From Thermodesulfobacteriota bacterium (GTDB lineage: Bacteria; Desulfobacterota_D; UBA1144; Nemesobacterales; N074bin48), in the NCBI GenBank assembly GCA_041572575.1, contig JBFFSH010000036.1:1-25491 (forward strand): a stretch of DNA of 25,491 nucleotides, read 5' to 3'. Positions 19,322-25,491 of the stretch are shown piece after piece; position 1 is the first letter of the stretch; each line of letters starts with the position of its first letter. The position numbers and the translations under genes are program-made. Under the pieces are notes generated by a model, which saw nothing but the letters and a program-made list of their open reading frames with translations, was not told where the DNA came from and searched no databases.

Positions 19322-20185
19322 ATGGGACGAATCGAAAGAATCCTTAGCAAAGTAGATTCATTTAATGAAACAGGCAGATTTGAAGAGGCTATAAAAGAAC
19401 TCAATAAGGCAATAGACATTGCCCCGGACGACCCCGATGTGCTGTTATCCTTTGCACTTACATATGATGCAATGAACGATCTGGATACTTCGGTTACATA
19501 TTTTCACAAAGCTATTGAACAATGCCCCGAAGATGCCTACCTCTGGACACAGTATGGCATAACACTCTCAAGAAACAATAAACATCATAAGGCTATTAAA
19601 ATTTTTCAGCATGCTCTAATTCTCGACCCAATTTACTCAATTGCCAAATGGAACCTTGGCCTTACATACAGATCCATTGGGCACTATGAAGATGCCGTGA
19701 GAGAGTTTAAGGAGTGTTTGGAAATAGAGCCTGACTCTGAATACTTTAAAGATGAAATACATTATCACCTGGGGCTTTGTTATTTTGATATGGGATGGAC
19801 CACTGAGGCTATATCAGAGTTCAGAAAGCACACTGAGATATATCCTGATGATATGTTTTCTCATTTATCCCTTGGCAACTGCTTTTTTGACCTTGGCTGG
19901 ATAGACGAGTCTGTAGACAGGTTTAGATTCATAATTGAGAAAAGCCCTGCATTTATTCCGGCCTATAATTCTCTTGCCTTATCATATGCCGAAAAAGGGT
20001 GGTACGATGAAGCGCTTGAAACACTTCGTGAAGCCCTGGAAATCGCACCCGATGATGAATCGGTAAAAGAAAATATAGATTATATCGAGGGCCTTAAAGA
20101 CAACGAAGACGGCCTGCGCTCATTTATAATGTATCTTCTTCTTAAAAACAAACTAGGTATCGATTCCTTCTCAGAATCAAACTAA
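19322..20185 (+). CDS. Tetratricopeptide repeat protein
   Basis: About seven 34-aa-spaced repeats with LG..Y...G...EA...F......P patterns; RBS GGGGAG. Confidence 0.9.
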   Translation: MGRIERILSKVDSFNETGRFEEAIKELNKAIDIAPDDPDVLLSFALTYDAMNDLDTSVTYFHKAIEQCPEDAYLWTQYGITLSRNNKHHKAIKIFQHALILDPIYSIAKWNLGLTYRSIGHYEDAVREFKECLEIEPDSEYFKDEIHYHLGLCYFDMGWTTEAISEFRKHTEIYPDDMFSHLSLGNCFFDLGWIDESVDRFRFIIEKSPAFIPAYNSLALSYAEKGWYDEALETLREALEIAPDDESVKENIDYIEGLKDNEDGLRSFIMYLLLKNKLGIDSFSESN

Positions 20186-20216
20186 CATAAAACAATTTTT
20201 CTTACCCCACAAACAA

Positions 20217-20255
20217 GTCCCCGTAGCTCAGCAGGATAGAGCGCAGGATTCCTAA
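20217..20255 (+). tRNA. tRNA-Arg(CCT), 5' half only (ends at the anticodon loop)
   Basis: GTCCCCG-TA-GCTC-AGCAGGATA-GAGC-G-CAGGA-TTCCTAA gives the acceptor 5' strand, D arm, anticodon 5' stem and a 7-nt loop with CCT. The expected TCCTG, T arm and CGGGGAC do not follow. Confidence 0.88.
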
Positions 20256-20395
20256 ACCATCCAAGGATCAATGCAGGCAAATCTATACTAAGCTATACTA
20301 AACCTAAACCACTGTAATTATTGAATAAGTCAACATATGTAAAATATAGCCAAACATAGCAAATCAATACTAAATGGACACCTATTTGGACACCT
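20256..20395. repeat. att-arm-like direct repeats at the island boundary
   Basis: CTATACTAA twice (20283, 20293), TGGACACCT twice (20375, 20387) and degenerate 10-bp-period copies at about 20345-20373. Confidence 0.65.
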
Positions 20396-20616
20396 TTCTA
20401 AATAATATTTATTTTTAAAATAAATTTATCTGAAACTAAGGTTAAATAATACTCAATAATGTATATAACAATAGATATTCTTAGACACAGTAACTAAAAC
20501 ATAACTCTCACTTTTAATAGAGTGACTCTTTAGTATCTTTACATCATTTTATTAATTCAATATTATTAGCACAAAACAGATTGATGATATAACATTTAAT
20601 ATACAATCCAATTATT

Positions 20617-21176
20617 ATGGAATCAGAAATACATTTATATAGAATAGATGATACTGATGCAAATTATATATCATGGGCTCCTGTCGAATGTGCAATAAAG
20701 TTAGTGAATACCCAAGGCCAAAACAATCCTATTAATGTCAAGTTAAAAAACAAAAGCGCTAATCATGGTGGCAAGTAGTTTTTTACAATAAAATGCCAAG
20801 TGAACCACTAAATGAGTTAGAACTTACATTACCTGTAGATGGATCTCCCATGCTCTTTCATATGTCAGGCGAATTCGGCAAACCTAGCATAGAAGACAAA
20901 GATGCAATTGTATTAACCATTAATCAAACTACAGGAAATATAATTGGTGAAACCAAACTAATGGTTCGCATAAGAAAAAATGCCAATAATCTTAGTTCCG
21001 CTGAGCGAGACCGATTTATATCTGCTCTGGCAACATTAAATGATCGTGGTATGGGTAAATATAGCGATTTTAGAAATATTCATACGGATGCTGGTGAAGA
21101 TGAAGCACACGGACGTCCTGGATTTTTACCTTGGCACAGGGCTTTTATACTAGATTTGGAGAGAAAACAAAACTAA
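20617..21176 (+). pseudogene. Tyrosinase-family protein, frameshifted and truncated
   Basis: ATG 20617 gives MESEIHLY..ANYISWAPV..GGK*, shifting near 20770 to QVVFYNKMPSE..RKNANNLSSAERDRFISAL..IH..EAHGRPGFLPWHRAFILDLER. This is the CuA motif; CuB is absent. Confidence 0.8.
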
Positions 21177-22478
21177 CCCTCTCCACTCTCCCCCCCTAAA
21201 AGCTCCACTTCCTTTTCATAATCAAGCCCAAACTTGGAGTTAAATGTAGAGTCTGACATCGTGCCGGTCTGTTCTACGAGTGACTAGGAGCGGGCTTCGG
21301 CCTCAATGTCGCGGATGTTAAATGATGGGAATGCGAAGGAGCATTTTACAGATGCGTCACGTGGGAGTTTTCCTCTTGCTACAGCATGATTGATCACACG
21401 GCCGTAAATCCTGCAAAACTCTTCTTCTAATAACACCTGCTTTTCCTCAATGCTCTTTGCAAGAGTAATCATGCGGTAGTCTATTTCGGCTTCGGATGAG
21501 CCCAGGTTGGGACTCTTAAACTCAATCTCGCTCTCTGCATCGATGCTCATATGAGTTCCGGCCGTGGGGAGTTTTTTTTTATTAGTTCTTGATCCCCTGT
21601 GCGACTTGTTCTTGTCGACAACTCCCTGAAGCTCGGATGAACCCCCGCGTTTTTTATGCACTATCACTACAGAAGAGCATATCTTGTTGAGCATCACACG
21701 GTATTTTCTGAAGTCCTGAAGTTCTTTTAGGTCATAAAGAACAGGCTCAAGCTTATAGCGGCCTCTTTTTTTCATTTTCATCCACATTAATCTTTATATG
21801 CTGTATCTCGGCGGGGTCTATGATCTCTTCAGAATCTGTATGAGGGTTTTGTATTCTGTAGTTTCTGCCCCTCGATATATCGCTTGTCTCTATCTCAATG
21901 CTGTGAGAAATGTCTGGATTATCAGAATCTATCCAGTCAGGCTCTATAAAATGGAAACGGAGAGTGGATTCATTTAAAAAGCGCAGAATACTCTCACCGT
22001 CCCTGAATGTCCGGCGGGCAATCTCAAGCTGTTTTTTTCTCCAGTTGTTCTCCATACAGAAGTTTTCCCATATTTTGGTATGAGCCTGTTTCTGCTTTTC
22101 ATCAAGAGACGGGTCTAATATTAAATTCGCCCCAGAGCCTATTGTAAGCTGAACAAGGGCTTTTATTATCCCCCTTGCATGCGGGTTTGTGTAGTATGCA
22201 AGATAATCCGCGGATCTGATCTCCTTTTACTCGAGCCTAGGAAGCTCCTTTTCCACCTTGCCGCCTACCCTGAATGTATCTCCACCCATAAGAGTCCAAG
22301 AAGACTCATCAATATCGGCAATCCTGCCGCCTGTTCGGGAAAGGGATGTACTCTGAGCGTCATTTAAATTGTTGCTTAGAACCGCGGACACAGTCCTTCC
22401 ATAAAAAGTTTTTCTATTATGTTTATATTTTCGTTAAAGTGATTTCAGGTTTTGAGATTATTTGGGGAAATTAGCCAT
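21173..22478 (-). pseudogene. Phage portal protein remnant
   Basis: Reading through stops gives YYTNPHARGIIKALVQLTIGSG..WENF..RRTFRDGESILRF..IQHIKINVDENEK / RGRYKLEPVL..FAFPSF..KFGLDYEKE. It has several in-frame stops and a frameshift in an A7 run near 21766-21772. Confidence 0.72.
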
Positions 22479-22520
22479 AAAAAAGCCCCTGAAAGACTTT
22501 CCACTGCCAGGAGCTTTTTT
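22479..22520 (-). terminator. Terminator-like hairpin immediately 5' of the portal remnant
   Basis: Minus strand AAAAAAGCTCCTG..CAGGGGCTTTTTT (one G-U pair); A and T tracts on both sides, so possibly bidirectional. Confidence 0.65.
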
Positions 22521-22619
22521 GTGAGGGTTTTAAATACGGTGTGGTAATTTCCACCTTACCGGACACCGAATTAAAAGACCTATGCGAGATTGCTTTAGAT
22601 ACAATTTCGCGTGAGTATC

Positions 22620-22647
22620 AATTTACCAAATCCAGCATATTTGTCAA
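22620..22647 (-). promoter_or_regulatory. Putative sigma70 promoter driving the structured leader
   Basis: TTGACA-N16-TAAATT with an extended -10 TG. Confidence 0.5.
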
Positions 22648-22916
22648 GCACATTTTGTGGACGATTTTACTAATTACACCATATCTTGTATTATTACAGA
22701 GAGTTACATCGGTTTTCGAATTTTAGAAATTTTGTAGATTTTACAAAAATATTTCAAAAAATTTACGTTTTTTTGTAAAAACGTGGTTTTTAGGAAAGAA
22801 TCTTGCATATTTTATCCGACCATTACATCAAAAAAATTAATGCAATTAACTGCACTAATTGAATGTATAATTATAATTATATAAAAAAATAATAGCAGTG
22901 TTAAGGAGACCACAGC

Positions 22917-23747
22917 ATGACAGAAGGCAAACAAGTATCAGAACATTATTCCCATGGAAACCTGCTCGAGGCCATCGAGGACGCTCTTTCCAAGCTCGGT
23001 AAGTCACCCAAAAATGTGACAATACATGACCTTGCACCCGTGGATGAATTCCATATAGGCGGAAGGCAGGCTACTGAGAGGTTTTTAAAACAGCTCGAAT
23101 TTCCGCAAAAAGGGCACATACTGGACGTAGGCTGCGGTCTTGGCGGAGCGGCGAGGTTTGTGGCTGATATGTTTGACCATCTTGTCTCGGGTATAGACCT
23201 TACAAAAGAATACATAGACACAGGAAATGCGCTCTGCGCGTGGGTGGGGCTTGATAACCACATAACCCTTCATGAGGGAAGCGCCCTCTCCATGCCCTTT
23301 GAGAGCGAGACGTTTGACGGCGCGTACATGATGCATGTGGGAATGAACATAAAAGATAAGGAAGGACTTTTTAAAGAGGTGTACAGGGTGCTAAAGCCTG
23401 GGGCCGTGTTTGGGGTGTATGATGTGATGCGCGACTCTGCGGGAGAGCTTGCCTACCCCGTACCGTGGGCTACGGACAGCTCCACAAGCCACCTAGGCAC
23501 CCCTTCTGAGTACTCACAGGCTCTGGGTGAAATGGGGTTTGAGGTGCTTGAGATAAATAACCGTATAGATTTTGCCATGGAATTTTTCCGTCAGTTAAAA
23601 GAAAAAACGGAAGATGCCGAAAGCACTCCGCCCCTTGGTCTTCATACCCTTATGCAAAAGACTACAGCCGAGAAGGTAAAGAATATGATAGACAATATCG
23701 CAAATGGAATAATCGCCCCAGTTGAGATTGTTGCTAAGAAGGTGTGA
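22917..23747 (+). CDS. Class I SAM-dependent methyltransferase (sarcosine/dimethylglycine N-methyltransferase-like)
   Basis: DLAPVDEFHIGG, ILDVGCGLGG (motif I), GIDLT, MPFESETFD, RVLKPG and YPVPWA; RBS AAGGAG. Substrate is uncertain. Confidence 0.88.
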   Translation: MTEGKQVSEHYSHGNLLEAIEDALSKLGKSPKNVTIHDLAPVDEFHIGGRQATERFLKQLEFPQKGHILDVGCGLGGAARFVADMFDHLVSGIDLTKEYIDTGNALCAWVGLDNHITLHEGSALSMPFESETFDGAYMMHVGMNIKDKEGLFKEVYRVLKPGAVFGVYDVMRDSAGELAYPVPWATDSSTSHLGTPSEYSQALGEMGFEVLEINNRIDFAMEFFRQLKEKTEDAESTPPLGLHTLMQKTTAEKVKNMIDNIANGIIAPVEIVAKKV

Positions 23748-24051
23748 CAGCCTCTTTGGTTAGTATTTATCAAACGCATTGAGAACAGTCGAAATCGTAA
23801 CAAACCTCACACTTCGACCCTTCTTTGTGTGTCGGGGGTGTGGGAAGATTACAGCGGTTTAGGATAAACGATTAATCTTTAGCAATTCTTATTCAGTCGG
23901 TGATTTTTGTATTTTGGTTTCATCTACTCTTGTGCAAACTATCAGGTACTAGATTCCTATCCTGACCGACCGTAATTTTTTCTAATCGAAAAAACCCGTT
24001 TATTCATCAAGGAAAAGTACATAGTGGTTTTTAGTTGAGGTACACGTCAGA

Positions 24052-24094
24052 AATAAAAATCCCCCGCTCCCAAATCTAAATCTCAAGAGCAGGG
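24052..24094 (-). terminator. Rho-independent terminator of the secreted-protein cluster
   Basis: Minus strand CCCTGCTCTTGAG-loop-TTTGGGAGCGGGG (several G-U pairs) followed by GATTTTTATT. Confidence 0.65.
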
Positions 24095-24127
24095 TTTAAA
24101 ATTAATTATTTTCGATTTTCCAATCTG

Positions 24128-24475
24128 TTATTCTTCACTGGTAGAACACTCAAACGGAATAATAAGCGCGTTTTGTGCTACATAGACCACTGCGCCTGTA
24201 TCACAATAGCGCGGGCTTGTGGTAAAACCGAGAGTAAAAACATCAAACTGGCAGTTGTTGTTGCTTATGCATACATACTTTGCCGAGTCTGAATTTATGC
24301 GTTCAAGCTCCCACTGTCCGTTTGGAAAAGTGGCCCCGGCAATATCTACAAGCGAGAGCGCCTGAGAATCAGCAGGCGTGTCTGGACTGAAGCCACCGCC
24401 CCCGTATGACAGAGAAGGAGCAAAAGTAAGGGCGAAAAACCCTATAAACAAGCTTAATATTATTTTTTTATACAT
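24128..24475 (-). CDS. Small secreted Cys-containing hypothetical protein, paralogue 3
   Basis: Signal peptide MYKKIILSLFIGFFALTFA; four Cys; RBS AGGAGG; similar to its two neighbours. Confidence 0.85.
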   Translation of the reverse strand: MYKKIILSLFIGFFALTFAPSLSYGGGGFSPDTPADSQALSLVDIAGATFPNGQWELERINSDSAKYVCISNNNCQFDVFTLGFTTSPRYCDTGAVVYVAQNALIIPFECSTSEE

Positions 24476-24492
24476 TTTTATATTTTCCTCCT

Positions 24493-24819
24493 TTAGTCAT
24501 CTCCACACTCTTTTGGAATGTGAATTGCGTTTTGAGATATTGCCACCACTGCACCCTCAGGGCAGCCATAGAAAGCGGAGTTGTTAAAGTTTCTGTTGGA
24601 AACATTAAAACTACATGTTTCTTCGCCGCATTCATACTGCACTGAATTAGAGTTAACGATATCTATGGTCCAGCCATCACTATGATCAAAAAACGCTCCG
24701 CCGATGGATGTGAGTGATATCACCTTGGGAAATATCGTACTACCTGCATTGGCATTCGAGCTAAGACCTGCATAGCCCATAACGCTTAACATCAATATTA
24801 GTATTAATTTTTTTATCAT
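24493..24819 (-). CDS. Small secreted Cys-containing hypothetical protein, paralogue 2
   Basis: Start moved to ATG 24819 (RBS AAGGAGG); signal peptide ending ANA; four Cys. Confidence 0.85.
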   Translation of the reverse strand: MIKKLILILMLSVMGYAGLSSNANAGSTIFPKVISLTSIGGAFFDHSDGWTIDIVNSNSVQYECGEETCSFNVSNRNFNNSAFYGCPEGAVVAISQNAIHIPKECGDD

Positions 24820-24842
24820 TGTTATATTATCCTCCTTAAAGA

Positions 24843-25211
24843 TTATGGATCCTCGCATTCAAAAGGAATGATTATTGAGTGCTGTGAAACGGACACCTTG
24901 GCATTCCTGCTGAAGTTGCGTGCGCTCCTGCCGCTGTTGTCGGGAAACTGGCTGAAAATAATGTCAAAGCTGCACCCGCTTCTGTCTGTACAAGTATACA
25001 CAGCCGCATGGTCGCTCAGTCTCTGCAGCTTCCATTCATCGGGCGGAAACTCCGCGCCCTGTATCGGGGTCTGCCCATTGTTTCTTATAGCAGATAGCGA
25101 AAGCACCTGTGAATCGCCCGATATCGCAGCCCCTGCTTCTGCCGTGCCTGTGTCAGCGAAAATAAAAAGTCCCGCAGCCAAAAGCACTGTTAGTAAACAT
25201 CTTGTTACCAT
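24843..25211 (-). CDS. Small secreted Cys-containing hypothetical protein, paralogue 1
   Basis: Signal peptide ending AEA; RBS AAGGAG; three Cys in the mature part; shares motifs with its neighbours. Confidence 0.85.
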   Translation of the reverse strand: MVTRCLLTVLLAAGLFIFADTGTAEAGAAISGDSQVLSLSAIRNNGQTPIQGAEFPPDEWKLQRLSDHAAVYTCTDRSGCSFDIIFSQFPDNSGRSARNFSRNAKVSVSQHSIIIPFECEDP

Positions 25212-25297
25212 ATCTCCTTATCTCCTATGATTTAATAAGCTAATTTTACTCTGCCATGTTTTTTAATTTAATTTATTTAAATAATTAAGTTATAAAC

Positions 25298-25364
25298 TGC
25301 CCTGTTATTCCGAGGCGAAGCCGAAGTACTCGAGCATGACATAATAGTTGTGTCATTTCGGGCA
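25298..25364. repeat. Short palindromic REP/RPE-like element
   Basis: TGCCC / GGGCA outer arms, ATGACATAA / TTGTGTCAT hairpin and a GC-rich TGTTATTCCGAGGCGAAGCCGAAG core in an AT-rich spacer. Confidence 0.45.
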
Positions 25365-25491
25365 TAATTGCAAAAAATGTGTGCTAATTTGAGTCAGATT
25401 TGCTTTAAAAAGGTGTACCATTTGAAGTAATTAATTCTCTTGTGTTTAGCCAGTCCTCTATGGTTTCTGTAAGCCCATTTCACTCTAGAGA

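Larger units (their letters stand above)
20256..25491. mobile_element. Decayed genomic island / prophage remnant inserted at tRNA-Arg (right end not seen)
   Basis: Begins at the broken tRNA; contains pseudogenes, a phage portal remnant and a mosaic base composition. No integrase is in the window and the extent is uncertain. Confidence 0.6.

Noticed and set aside
20283..20395. CRISPR array
   Set aside because: The repeats are only 9 bp, in pairs, without spacers, and there are no cas genes.
20254..20620. Group I intron in tRNA-Arg(CCT), a known intron site in some bacteria
   Set aside because: I found no recognisable P7 R/S core, no U-G pair at the putative 5' splice site and no 3' exon downstream. 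The sequence is very AT-rich and att-like. A covariance-model search would settle it.
21760..21775. Programmed frameshift in the portal A7 run
   Set aside because: The gene also has several in-frame stops, so decay or sequencing error is the simpler explanation.
22179..22726. Plus-strand ORFs 22179-22367 and 22541-22726
   Set aside because: They have no RBS or recognisable motifs and lie antisense to the portal remnant and its structured leader.

Overview
Bacterial chromosomal window, AT-rich. Gene style suggests a deep-branching Deltaproteobacteria-like or Ca. Dadabacteria-like organism, but this taxonomy is an unverified impression. Positions 1-20.2 kb are mostly minus-strand core genes: split transhydrogenase (pntA1, pntA2, pntB), a GT2 glycosyltransferase with a DUF547-like protein, recG, topA, an orphan NarL-type regulator, dprA, a radical SAM protein, nth, a 7Fe ferredoxin, secG, tpiA, a PGK-like gene, a PLP aminotransferase, rpmB, def, an IHF/HU subunit and a TPR protein. 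At 20217 a tRNA-Arg(CCT) begins normally but stops exactly at the end of its anticodon loop, and att-arm-like repeats follow. This marks the left edge of a decayed genomic island. The island holds a frameshifted and truncated tyrosinase, a phage portal pseudogene with a structured leader, a SAM methyltransferase and three tandem paralogous small secreted Cys proteins of no family I recognise. The highlights are the unrestored split tRNA, a full-length PGK that has lost most catalytic motifs, the secreted paralogue triplet and a pseudo-receiver regulator. All functional calls come from motif recognition by eye; no database searches were run.
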